Of a stretch of 63,197 nt of DNA, positions 12,676-24,923 are shown piece by piece. Under the pieces are notes generated by a model that did no database searches, was not told the origin of the DNA, and worked only from the letters and a program-made list of their open reading frames with translations. Origin of the DNA: Chara braunii (taxonomy: Eukaryota > Plantae > Charophyceae); NCBI GenBank assembly GCA_003427395.1, contig BFEA01000005.1, positions 8,461,063-8,524,259 of the forward strand, read 5' to 3'. The position numbers and the translations under genes are program-made. Position 1 is the first letter of the stretch. Every line of letters begins with the position of its first letter.

Positions 12676-13081
12676 CCTAGGATGCATTTGACAGATGGAT
12701 GTGTGTGTGTGTGTGTGTGTGTGTGNNNNNNNNNNNNNNNNNNNNNNNNNNNNNNNNNNNNNNNNNNNNNNNNNNNNNNNNNNNNNNNNNNNNNNNNNNN
12801 NNNNNNNNNNNNNNNNNNNNNNNNNNNNNNNNNNNNNNNNNNNNNNNNNNNNNNNNNNNNNNNNNNNNNNNNNNNNNNNNNNNNNNNNNNNNNNNNNNNN
12901 NNNNNNNNNNNNNNNNNGTGTGTGTGTGTGTGTGTGTGTGTATGCGTGTGTGTGTGTGTGTGTGTGCGTACGTGTGTGCGTGTGTACGTATGTGTGTGTG
13001 TGCGTCTATGCGTGTGTGCATGTGTGTGTGTATTTGTGTACTGTCCTATTCGCTATACACTCAAAAAAGAGTGAGTGTGCC

Positions 13082-13136
13082 AGACTATTTCATCGGACTT
13101 TCACTGACTTATCAGGAGGTTGAACCCCGACAATCT
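13082..13136 (-). ncRNA. Type III hammerhead ribozyme, degenerate (CUGAUAA)
   Basis: AGAUUG-UC-GGGG uucaa CCUC-CUGAUAA-GUCaG ugaaagu CCGAU-GAA-AUAGUCU; a direct repeat of the 12619 copy. Confidence 0.7.
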
Positions 13137-13173
13137 TCCTATGATGCATTTGACTGATGGATGTGTCTGTGTG

Positions 13174-13469
13174 AACTGATATTTCGTTAAAACTGACATT
13201 CTTTTCTAAATTCACGAAAGTGGACTCAGTCAAAATTTCATCGCTCATTGGGTGAGAAAGTGGTTATCTCACTTTGTCTATCTGATGTACCTCAACGTAA
13301 AGTATCGTTAACATACATCCGATGATCAGATCATCGGGAGTTGCCACGACACCCGATGATCTGATCATCCGATGTCATGGGCACAAAAAAACACTAAAAA
13401 ATGTTGTTTTTTTGTACGCTCAATTTCGTGAATCTAGAAAAAATTATCAGTTTTAACGAAATGGCAGTT
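13174..13469. mobile_element. MITE with ~45-bp imperfect TIRs and a central hairpin
   Basis: ATTTCGTTAAAACTGA...TCAGTTTTAACGAAAT; perfect 18-bp internal inverted repeat GATGATCAGATCATCGGG/CCCGATGATCTGATCATC; sits in (TG)n. Confidence 0.75.
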
Positions 13470-13486
13470 TGTGTGTATGTGTGTGT

Positions 13487-13561
<75 letters not shown>

Positions 13562-13566
<5 letters not shown>

Positions 13567-15600
13567 TGGGTTTGTGTAAACACTGCCACCCGATATATAC
13601 AGGAAACAAGAACATCACATTTGTCATATCGCGACACGTTAGTAGCAGTTTAAACATAGTGGGTGTTTTAGCCATGAACTCATTTGTGAGGATGCAAGAG
13701 GGGTTTGTGATTTAGATTACGGCTGTTGAGGACAGCCATAGGGCGGGTGCATGCCCTGAACCATGCTTTTCGCCGCTTAGCACCCATAGCAGCTCGTTAG
13801 AGGGATGTAGTTCCACGTTAGTTTGTAGGTCAGGGAGGTTAGGGTGAGGTGAGGGAAGAGGGGGGTTGGGGAAGGTTAGGGCTATGTTCGAGTGAACCCA
13901 TACCTGTGAGTGGAATGCCTGTGAAGACGACATCTCTTCAACGGACGTCATTCTCCCTCTTTGTGTTAGGTCACTCGTAGAATGCAATGGAGCGCAACGA
14001 TGGCAGGAGGGGATTAGAGAGTGTTAGCGATGGCGCTGTAGGTCTGCGAGCATTACGTCGCTCGTGCTTGCTCGACACACGAGCATAGGCGAGGAAGGCA
14101 GAGTATGTTGTAGTATTGCGGAGAGGTGAACATGGGAGGGGGAGCGAGCGTCGAGCATTGCAAGTTTACCTTGTTGTAGTTGATGTTTGCAGTGGTAGTA
14201 TGTATATTATATATTAAGAGTATCATAGTGGTTTTAATGGGTTCGTATTTCTTTGATGTATGGTGAGTGGGTATGATATAATCAGGGTTTGTGCGTATTT
14301 GGTGGGGAGGGTGGCGGCGAGGGCCATAGCTATAGTAAATCCGAGGGGGGTTGTGGTGATTGTGTGTGATTTCTTCATGCAGGAAGGGGTAGTGCGGGTG
14401 GTATGCCTATGTGAAGCAACGTTTTGCATGCTTCGTGTTTTTTCAGTACATGTGCTTTGTTTGTCCTATTAGAAAACAAGTGTTGTTTAGTTTTTGTGTT
14501 CTCTTGTCGTTTTGGAGTTTTGAAATGGCTATGGCGTGTGTGCATGGTCGTTGGTGGGTTGGGATTTGTTCGACATGTTGCTTCTGTCATTGTCGAGTGT
14601 GGAGTCAGTGGCGTCCTTTGGGTTTGGTGATGTGTGTGGTTTACTCGTTTTGTTTGGCACGGGTGTCATTTTGGTTTGGGCCCGCGTGGGATATTTGTTT
14701 TTTTTAAAGGTTACTTCTTTTTGTGTATGTGATGGAGTGAGTGCTAGTGTTGTTAGAGTTTTGTTGTTGTTTTTTTGAAAAACAATTGTCTCATAACCGG
14801 TATCTGGCTTATTTTGCGTATGCTTATTTATGTGTTGTGGGTGTTAGTTTAGTTGTAGGTGGCGTAGGTGTGCATTCGATGTGATGCGTGTGTGGTTAAA
14901 AAGTTTTTCAGCTATTTTTCTGTAGACATTTTTAAATAAACATTGTTGAATTTTATGGGGAGCTTATATCTGGGGGGGGTGTGTGCCGTAAATAATTTTA
15001 ATTTTGTTTTTATTATTATTTAATTGATTAGTTTTTTTTTGTTTTTTTTTTTTTAAGTTTTATTTCATTATTGATTTATTTTTATATTACTTATTATTTC
15101 TTATTTCTTATTATTAATTATTGACTATCATTTATTTATTTTTTAGCTTTCATATTTATTATTTTATTTCTCTATTATGTGACTTTTTACTCTAATTATC
15201 AATGTAAGGGTTGCTTGCTTTTTATGTTTTTATTATTATTAAAAATTATAAGTTTATTTATTATTATTCTAGGCTACCAGAGTGGCCCGGGGTCACTTGC
15301 CCGCCCGGGCCATAGGTAATAAAAAAAATAAAAATAAAAAAATTATTTTTAAAATTTATTTTTGTTTCTAAATTTGGTGCAGAATTTCGATGTGCCCTGA
15401 GGCAAAAGTTGTTCAGTTTATTTTTCTGCATAACATAGTTTTTTTCGGATTTTTTTTTTTTTTTTTTTTTTTGCTGGGACCTTCCCTGGTCCTTGCACAG
15501 GCTGGCCACCGGGACCCGGGCGGCCCGGCTGGTAGCCTAGTTATTATTGTTACTTATAACATTTAAGAGGTAAAGTTTTGTTGGAATGTGTGTGTGTGTG
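13562..15600 (-). repeat. Copy 1 of a long dispersed repeat (probable decayed Penelope-like 5' region/ORF)
   Basis: Colinear similarity with ~19800-21490 (+26541-26600) and ~31850-33490. Confidence 0.85.
15269..15540. mobile_element. 272-bp MITE, TIR CTAGGCTACCAG, 8-bp TSD TTATTATT
   Basis: Perfect 12-bp TIR; TSD at 15261-15268 and 15541-15548. Confidence 0.92.
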
Positions 15601-15761
15601 TGTGTGTCCCTCCCCGTACCCTCGTGATGGAGGTCCCGACGGGATAGATGCTATGATAGTGGACCTACCCCAGCAGGGATAGGTCCTCCATCCGAACTAA
15701 GCCAGTTTTGTTGGCTTACATGCACACATAATATTTGTTACTTTTTATGATCGGGTAGTGA

Positions 15762-16115
15762 ACGACCATTTCGTCAAGATGGATATTTTTTATTTTTTGA
15801 AAGAAATTGAAACTGAGTTTTTTTTCCGAAAACTCGTCAAAATTTGATGTTCCTGAGGGTCCAGCGTTGGGTCCAGCGTTTTGCAAACGTTGGACCCCCT
15901 AGCTGTACATGGACCTAGCTTGAGACCAAACACCTCCAGGCAGGACTGCCTGGAGGTACCTGGTCTCAAGCTAGGTCCATGTACAGCTTGGGGGTCCAGC
16001 GTTTGTAAAACGCTGGACCCTCAGGAACAACAATTTTTGACGAGTTTTCTGCAAAAAAACTTAGTTTCAATTTCATTCAGAAAATAAAAGATGTCCATTT
16101 TGACGAAATGGCAGT
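15762..16115. mobile_element. ~350-bp foldback (nearly full-length palindromic) element
   Basis: Arms pair from CCATTTCGTCAA/TTGACGAAATGG inward to a centre at ~15944. Shares the CGAAATGGCAG terminus with the 13174 MITE. Confidence 0.85.
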
Positions 16116-16149
16116 GAGTGTATGTTTGCTCTCTTTTTAGTGTACATTT

Positions 16150-17600
16150 CTAGTTCTGCATTCTTCATTTTTTATTTTAATTTTTGACGTGGTGATGTTT
16201 TAGGTGTTGTAGTACCGTTTCTGGGTTGCATCGAAAAGGTTGGTAGTTGAAGGGGTTATTCATAACCTTGTTCACAACGTCGAGCAGTCTATTTTTTCTG
16301 AAGTCGTTATTCTGAAGTGTTTGAATTGTTAGTCTTATCTCATCTGCAGCATGGTCGGGTTCCGTTTCGATGACCATGATTATGATGATCTGAGGTATCA
16401 GGATGTTGAGTGATTGCTGGAGTGGACTGTTGGAATTAGCTTGGATGAAGCGAGTGATGGGGAAGTTAAGTTCTTTTCTTTTGTCATTTGTGATGTAGTG
16501 TCCAGCCTGCGGGTTTGTGATAGTTATGTGGTGTTTAAGAAGTTTGCTTGTGTTCCGATGATGTTATCATTTGTTTGTGTTTTTTGTGTGGTTTGTTCGT
16601 TTAAGGTTACGAGTTGTAGGGGGTATGGGAAGTATCAGCTGTGTGGGCTGATCACTTCTGGGTTAGAAATTCGTGAATCATGGGGTTGCATGGACGATAA
16701 TGAATTATAGCGTCATTAATTAGAGGAAATTATTATTTGTTGTTCTATTACACAGAAATTCTCACATTTGTCTTCAAAACAAGGGCTTGTGTTGGAAGAC
16801 ATAAGAAGCCGAATTCTAAATGCGTGTATATGCGTCCTATTGGATAAGGAACAGTTGTGGTTCGTCGAGTGCATGACTATTATTCAATTATCATCATCGG
16901 GGTGGTAGTTAGTTTTATTTATCTTTTGTGCATCATTATATTTTAGCGCGTAGTTGAGATTAGCGGCTGGATCGCTTTGATGGAGTCTCATTGGAAGGAA
17001 AAATGTGTCTGAGGGTTGCAGGCTGAATGTTTTTTTTGCGCGTATCAGGTGGTAGGGATATATGTGTATAAAACGTTAAGTTGTACATACATAATTATTT
17101 AGGTTGGAGACCTTAACGAATTGCAGCGGTAAAAAAATCGGTGGCCGATCAGTAACAGCGAGCCAACAGGAGACAAGGAGGGAGCGCCTAAAAGCCTAGT
17201 CTGAGGTTCAGAATCGGGTACCTAAAAGTACGTAATCCGTGTGTGGAAGAAGCAGTAATTATGAACGACGACAGACAAACATTTCGTTGATTGATTGATC
17301 GATTGATTCAACGATTGATTGATTGGCAAGGGCCTAGTGTAAGAGTTTGGGTGCACAAAGCTTTGATAGGGTAGCATAAGGTTAACGAGGGACTTAGCAT
17401 TAATTATATGGCAATTTTAATCCGAGGTTGTTTTTTTTGGAAGAAAGAATTGTACATGACTGTAGAAACACCTATATACATTTTACGAAAAGTCGGGTGC
17501 ACAGATGAGGGATGAACTAAATAGATTTCGTTAGGGCAGGCATACATAGTTTAGGGCATGCAAGAATTGGTTAGCATAAAGCCACTGTTTCAATATCTAC
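16150..17600 (-). pseudogene. Decayed Penelope-like (PLE) reverse transcriptase
   Basis: Motifs in the expected order across frameshifts: LPK..CHII (RPII-like), G.LMSSNTSP (GxPMGxNxSP-like, 16782-16802), LIND (YIDD-like, ~16712-16723), FPYPLQL, ANFL, NDKRKELNFPITRF..NSNSP (YDKRxxFxFxIxxF...SNxP-like, 16447-16485), LQNNDF (LxxNGY-like). Confidence 0.7.
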
Positions 17601-18479
17601 ATCGTCTATCTTTTGTTTTTATATATATATATGTATATTAATATTATTTGTTTGTTTGCGTAGCTAATCAACGAGGAGGCTAGGCAGGGCACTTGATCAA
17701 TCGTGCCGGACAAGAGTCCCGAAGTGAAGGCATGCCAATATGTGTATAATAACAAGGGACAGATTGTTGTATAAAAAGACTAGTACGAGTAAGACGATCA
17801 TCGTATCTCGTTATCTTTATGAGGGATACTAGAAGGAAAAACCGTTCCTATGTACGACCTACATATAGTGTCTTTTATGTTGATACATTAAAGTACCAAC
17901 CCAGGATGTGATGCTTTTGTTAACTTAGCTATCTTATTCTTTATGGTATCTAAGTCTCAAGTACTCAAAGGTAAACACTAGCGATGATCAGACAAAGCAG
18001 TCGATCCTATCAGAAGCAGCGGAGGGTACATTTTTATGTGGTATAGAAACCGGGGTGGCTAGGGTAGGAGAAAGTTCGCACAGATTTTCTGTGGTAAATG
18101 CGTCAGTCAATCTTTTCAGCTAACGGAAAGAGAATGTTAATATATCTCTTTTGGCATCATTGTGGCCTTCGCTAGGGGCAAAGTGTTCTGGAAGGTCGCT
18201 TACCAGTTTCTAGTGCGCATGTTATGATATTTGCGGGTCTACGCTAGTATTTATGTTGTATTGTAGTGTGGGTGAAAAAAACATTCGGTATGACGCGTAA
18301 GGGGTAGTAGTACTTAATCTATTGAATCCTCTGGAATGTACTAGTTAAAGCATGGTTATATTTAGTATGTGATTGATTCTCAAACAGCTAGATTGAGAGA
18401 TCTTGTCCGTATGACAGTTATATCTTAATGTGCTGCAGTCAGTGTGCATATTTCGGTCGGTACTTTCGATAATATTCTT

Positions 18480-18812
18480 GTTGCGAAAAAATTGATTAAC
18501 GAAACTCAGTCCAAGTTAATCGATTCATTTTGTGGAATCACTAAAGAAACAGCTAGTGCAGAGTGTTATATCTTATTCCTAGTGCATTGCTACCAATCCA
18601 AGCAAAGACAAAGTATAGCAACAGGCGAAACTGAAAAGGACGATGAAACTCACTAGATTGTTTCGAATACTGAAAAAAAAAGACTCAATTTGAGCTTGAT
18701 ACTAACCAGCCAGTGCAAAAAGTGCTATGTCCTATTACTTAGTAAAAAAAACAGGGGTGAATCTGACATAACGATGCAACACAATAGATTGTAATATTTA
18801 AAATGTTGTATA

Positions 18813-18905
<93 letters not shown>

Positions 18906-18906
18906 N

Positions 18907-19001
<95 letters not shown>

Positions 19002-21321
19002 AACCTTTTTATCGGCGCCAGGGTTAACTTTGTCCCCGAAGGGTTAACTTTCTTATATATTTATTGTCATAACATATATCTAATTATAGCATGCTTGCTA
19101 TCAGAGAACAACGATCCGAAAAAACGAACGGTTAACTGTAACTTGACAACGTCTATATCATCAATCTAGTAACGTATAATGCTATCTTGTGCGTGGTGGT
19201 TGGGTTGGAGCTGTAGGAAGAAATGCTTTTAGGCAAGGGATGGTTCATCGTAGTATTATCATGGGGGGGTTGGGGAATGCGTACACATCAAGCGTTTCTT
19301 CTCAAAGAAATCGTTTGTTGAAGGTCAATCGATTGCTAGAACCAATTGGTGAACTTACTTATAGTATAGACGAAGGGGAGTTAATGCGCATTTTTTTTGA
19401 AGTGTTTCTTTAACTGTAAGGTTATCATAGAAGCGTGCGATGTTGCATTTGCGACGTGCAACGATGTTATATTTGCGCAGCAGCGTAGTCACTCACATCT
19501 AGGATGTCTGGAAAGCACTGGGATTATATATGAATGTATAGCGATTACTCGTGATGGTATATGCGTAGTAGGGGAATGATTGAGGTATGCACATGATAAT
19601 GGTGTGCCTGTTGGAGGATTGAACTAAGAAGGGGGGTGGATAATGTGGGGGAGTATGTGGTGGTAGTGGTGATGGGGAAGCATTAGTATGTTTCATTGCG
19701 AGGAGTTACAGATCGTGGATATAGCGCAGATATGGGTTGTCTTGTCAGCGAGAGAGTCGACCCTAGCTTGGCAACTGGATAGATCATCCGGGTATGTGTG
19801 TACTGGGTGTGTGTAAACACGGCCACCCCGTATATACGAAAAACAAGAACATCACATATGTCATATCCCGACAGGTTCATAGCAGTTTAAACATAGTGGG
19901 TGTTTTAACCATCAACTCATTTGTGAGGATGCAAGAGGGGTTTGCGATTTAGATTATGGGGGAGCATTTTAGTAATTAGAGTCAGTAATTAAGGTTAGCG
20001 ATGGTTGTTGACGACAGCCATAGGGCGGGTGCACGCCCTGAAGGGCGTTTTTCGTCGCTTAGCACCCATAGCAGTTCGTCAGAGGGATGTAGTTCCACGT
20101 TAGTTTGTAGGTCAAGGAGGTTAGGGCGAGGTGAGGGAAGAGGGGGCTTGGGGAAGGTTAGGGCTATATTAGAGTGAACCCATACTGTGAGTGGAATGCT
20201 TGTGAAGACGACATCTCTTCAACGGACGTCCTTCTCCCTCTTTGTGTTAGGCCACTCGTAGAATGCAATGGAGCGCAACGATGGCAGGAGGGGATTAGAG
20301 AGTGTTAGCGATGGCGCTGTAGGTCTGCGAGCGACCTAGTGCTTGCTCGACACGCGAGCGTAGGCGAGGAAGGCAGAGTATGTTGTAGTATTGCGGAGAG
20401 GTGAACATGGGAGGGGGAGCGAGCGTCGAGCATTGCAAGTTTACCTTGTTGTAGATGTTGTTTGCAGTGGTGGTATGTATATTATATATTAAGAGTATCA
20501 TAGTGGTTTTGATGGGTTCGTATTTCTTTGATGTATGGTGAGTGGGTATGATATAATCAGGGTGTGTGCGTATTTGGTGGGGAGGGTGGCGGCGAGGGCC
20601 ATAGTGCGGGTATGATTGTGTGTGATTTCTTCATGCAGCAAGGGGTAGTGCGGGTGGTATGCTCGTGTGAAGCAACGTTTTGCATGCTTCGTGTTTGTTC
20701 AGTACATGTGCTTCATTTGTCCTATTAGAACAAACGTTGCTCGTGTGAAGCAACGTTTTGTGTTCTCTTGTCGTTTTGGAATTTTGAAATGGCTATGGCA
20801 TGTGTGCGAGGTCGTCGGTGGGTTGGGATTTGTTCGGCATGTTGCTTTTGTCGTTGTCGTGTGTGGAGTCTGTCGTGTCGTTTAGGTGTGGTGATGTGTG
20901 TGCTTTATTCGTTTTGCTTGGTGCGGGTGTCGTTTTGGCTTGGGCCCGCATGGGATTTTTGTTTTTTTTCAAAGGTCACTTCTTTTTGCGTATGCGGTGG
21001 AGTGGGTGCTGGCGTTGTTAGATTTTTGTTGTTGTTCTTTCGAAAAACTTTTGTCTCATAACTGGTATCTGGCTTATTTCTCGTATGCTTATTTATGCGT
21101 TGTAGGTGTTAGTTTAGTTGTAGGTGGTGTGGGTGTCGGGTATTACCTTGATCAGGGAGTGGGCATTCGATGTGATGCATGTGTGGTTAAAAAGTTTTTT
21201 AACTCTTTTTCTGTAGACATTTTTAAATAAACATTGTTGAATTTTATGGGGAGCTTGTACCTGGGTGGGTTTGTGTGCGAAAAATAAATTTTATTTTGTT
21301 TTCTATTTTATTTAATTGATT

Positions 21322-21360
<39 letters not shown>

Positions 21361-21490
21361 ATCGTTTATTTTATTTTTAGTTTCCATATTTATCATTTTA
21401 TTAATTTATTATGTAACTTTTTACTCTTGTTATCAATGTATGGGTTGCTTGCTTTTTATGTCTTTATTATTAATAAAAAATTATAAGTTT
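18480..21490 (-). repeat. Copy 2 of the long repeat plus flank; duplicated with ~30700-33490
   Basis: Colinear match that includes the GGGTTAACTTTGTCCCCGAAGGGTTAA junction; (TA)n expanded at 18815-19000. Confidence 0.85.
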
Positions 21491-22009
21491 ATTTTCAGGT
21501 TGTTTTATCGGACGTCCGGGCGACCCTGGGACGTCCGGGACGTCCAACCGGACGGCCCCTGCAGAAAATAGGCGCCGGGCCTCTAAGTGCCTGCTGGGGG
21601 TGGGGGATGGTAGTTGTCTAGGTGGAGGGTCCTGCTGGACCTCAGTCCCCACCATCCGAGGCCAGCAGGGCCTACGAAAATTGAAAACATTAAGGCCTGA
21701 CCTGGGCCGTCGGATCGATCCGATCGACAACCCGATAGGGCAAAATTCAAATTTGAATGGGGGGGTACCGCCCGCCCGCGTCCACCGCCGCCCCAGCCCT
21801 GGCCCTGCTTCCCTATTCCAGCCGGCCACTCGACGACGAGCGCGTGTGTGCGCTTGCGAGGACGCGGCACTCCAGCCCTTGCATCCACACCGCCATCTCC
21901 AGGTAAGTGTGTGTGCCTTCGCCCACCTCCTCTTCCACCTCCTCCTCTACGTCGTCCTCCACCTCCTTCGGGTTGTCCTCCGGTTCTTCTTCGTCTTGGT
22001 CTTCTTCTT

Positions 22010-22016
22010 ACTCCTC

Positions 22017-22102
<86 letters not shown>

Positions 22103-22462
22103 GTATCCTAGTCCTCTTCCTCCTCCTCCTCCTCCTCCACCTCCTCTACTTCTTCTTCTTCGTCGTCCTGTAGTTCTTCTTGCTCGTCGTCCACTTCTTC
22201 TTCGTCGTCGTCCTCGTCTTCGTCCTCGTCTTCGTCGTTGTCTTCTTCGTCGCCGTCGTCTACTTCTTCTTCCTCATTTTCTTCTTCTTCTTCTTCTTCT
22301 TCTTCTTCTTCTTCTTCTTCTTCTTCTTCTTCTTCTTCTTCTTCGCCTTCTCCTTCTCCTTCTCCTTCTCCTTCTTCGTTCTTCTTCTTCTCCCATCTCC
22401 GTCCATATCCGCCCACCCCCGCTCGCCCTCCCTCCCTCCCTCCCTCAATCAATCAATCAATG

Positions 22463-22507
<45 letters not shown>

Positions 22508-22535
22508 GTCGATTGATTGATTGATTGATTGATTG

Positions 22536-22577
<42 letters not shown>

Positions 22578-23327
22578 GACGTAGGGTGATGAGGGGGAAG
22601 TCGGTGTAGGGGGAGTGGGGATTGAAAGATCAATCAATTAATCAATCGAAATGATCGATTGATTGATTGGTTGATTGATTACGTAGGGTGGTGAGGGGGA
22701 AAGTCGGGGTAGGGGGAGTGGGGAAGTTGGGATAGGGCGGGGTAGAGTCGGGATACGGGGAGGAGGGAAGTCGGGATAGGGATGGGGAAAGTCGNNNNNN
22801 NNNNNNNNNNNNNNNNNNNNNNNNNNNNNNNNNNNNNNNNNNNNNNNNNNNNNNNNNNNNNNNNNNNNNNNNNNNNNNNNNNNNNNNNNNNNNNNNNNNN
22901 NNNNNNNNNNNNNNNNNNNNNNNNNNNNNNNNNNNNNNNNNNNNNNNNNNNNNNNNNNNNNNNNNNNNNNNNNNNNNNNNNNNNNNNNNNNNNNNNNNNN
23001 NNNNNNNNNNNNNNNNNNNNNNNNNNNNNNNNNNNNNNNNNNNNNNNNNNNNNNNNNNNNNNNNNNNNNNNGGGAGGGGGGAAGTCGGGATAGGGGCGAA
23101 AGTTAGGGAGGAGGAAGAAGAAGAAGAAGAAGAAGAAGAAGAAGAAGAAGAAGAAGAAAAAGAAAAAGAAGAAGAAGAAAATGAAGACGAAAAAGAAGAA
23201 GAAGAAGAAGAAGAAGAAGAAAAAATAAGAAAAAGATCAATCAATCAATCAACCAAACAGTCAATCCGTCGATGTCGACAGATGATTTCGCTCAAGATTC
23301 GTCGAGATCGACGGATTGATTGATTTG

Positions 23328-23373
<46 letters not shown>

Positions 23374-23395
23374 AATTGATTGATTGATTGTTCGC

Positions 23396-23442
<47 letters not shown>

Positions 23443-23850
23443 CTTCTTCTTCTTCTTCTTCTTCTTCTTCTTCTCCTTCTTCTTCTTCTTTCTTCTTCTT
23501 ATTTTTCTTCGTCCACCCTCCTCCTCTTACCTCCGCCCGCCTCCGCCCGCCTCCGCCCACCTCCGTCCGCCTCCGCCTGCCTCCGCCCACCTCCGTCCGC
23601 CACTTCTTCCTCCCGCCTCCGCCCGCATCTTCCCCCCCCCCCCCCCCCCCCCCCTTCCCGCCAATCTCCGCCCGCTACCTCCTCCCGCCTCCGCACGCCA
23701 CCTCCTCCCACCTCCGCCCGCCTCCACCTCCCGCATCCTCCTCCCACCTCCGCCCGCACCTCTCCCCACCTCCGCACCCCTCCGTCTGCCTCCGCCAATC
23801 TCCGCCCGCACCTCCTCCTGCCTCCGCCCACATCCGCCCACCCCCGCTCG

Positions 23851-23912
<62 letters not shown>

Positions 23913-23990
23913 ATCTCGACGGATCGTTTCCTTCAAGATCCGTCGATATCAACGGATCTTGAAGGAAACGATCCGTTGAGATCGACGGAT

Positions 23991-24027
<37 letters not shown>

Positions 24028-24030
24028 GTG
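22010..24030. repeat. Microsatellite cluster: (CT)n, (TTC)n, (AATC)n/(GATT)n, (GAA)n, CCTCCGCCC repeats
   Basis: Seen directly in the sequence. Confidence 0.95.
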
Positions 24031-24051
24031 GCGTGGGGGTTGGCGAGAGGC

Positions 24052-24891
24052 GTGCGAAAACGACGTTTGTGAATCAAACAATCAATCAATCAATCGTTGA
24101 ATGAATGAATGAATGAATCAATCAATCAATCAATCAATCGATGATTGACTCCGTCGGTATCGACGGTTCCTTTAGTTCAAGAATCGTTGATCTCGACTGA
24201 TCTTGACAGAGTGATAGATTTACGAGAATAAGATAGGGGAGGAGAAGATGGACTGGGTGGAGGAGATGGAGTAGGAGATGGAGGAGGAGATGGAGTAGGA
24301 GGAGATGGAGGAGGAGATGGAGTACGAGATGGAGGAGGAGATGGAGTAGGAGATGGAGGAGGAGATGAAGTGGGAGGAGATGGAGTAGGAGATGGTAGGA
24401 GATGGAGTAGGAGATGGAGTAGGAGATGGAGTAGGAGACGGAGTAGGAGAGATTGAGTAGGAGAAGGAGTAGGAGGAGATGGAGTAGCAGATGGAGTAGC
24501 AGATGGAGTAGGAGATGGAGGAGGAGATGAAGTAGGAGGAGATGGAGTATGGAGGAGGAGATGGAGGAGGAGATGGAGGAGGAGATGAAGTAGGAGATGG
24601 AGGAGGAGATTGAGGAGATGGAGTACAAGGAAATTGAGGATGACATGGAGGAGGAGATGGAGTAGGAGATAATCTGAAGCAGGTGGTACGCATTGCAGGC
24701 AGAAGGTACGTTTGCAAATATGTTACTTGTGGTACATTTGTGGCACTTGTGCAAAGATGACATGCACCAGGTGGTGTGGTAGCAGGAAACAGGTTGCTCT
24801 TTTTCATACCTACACCTGTCCTAACCAGCAAACGGTGCGAAAACGACGTTTGTGAATCAAACAATCAATCAATCAATCGTTGAATCAATCG

Positions 24892-24923
<32 letters not shown>

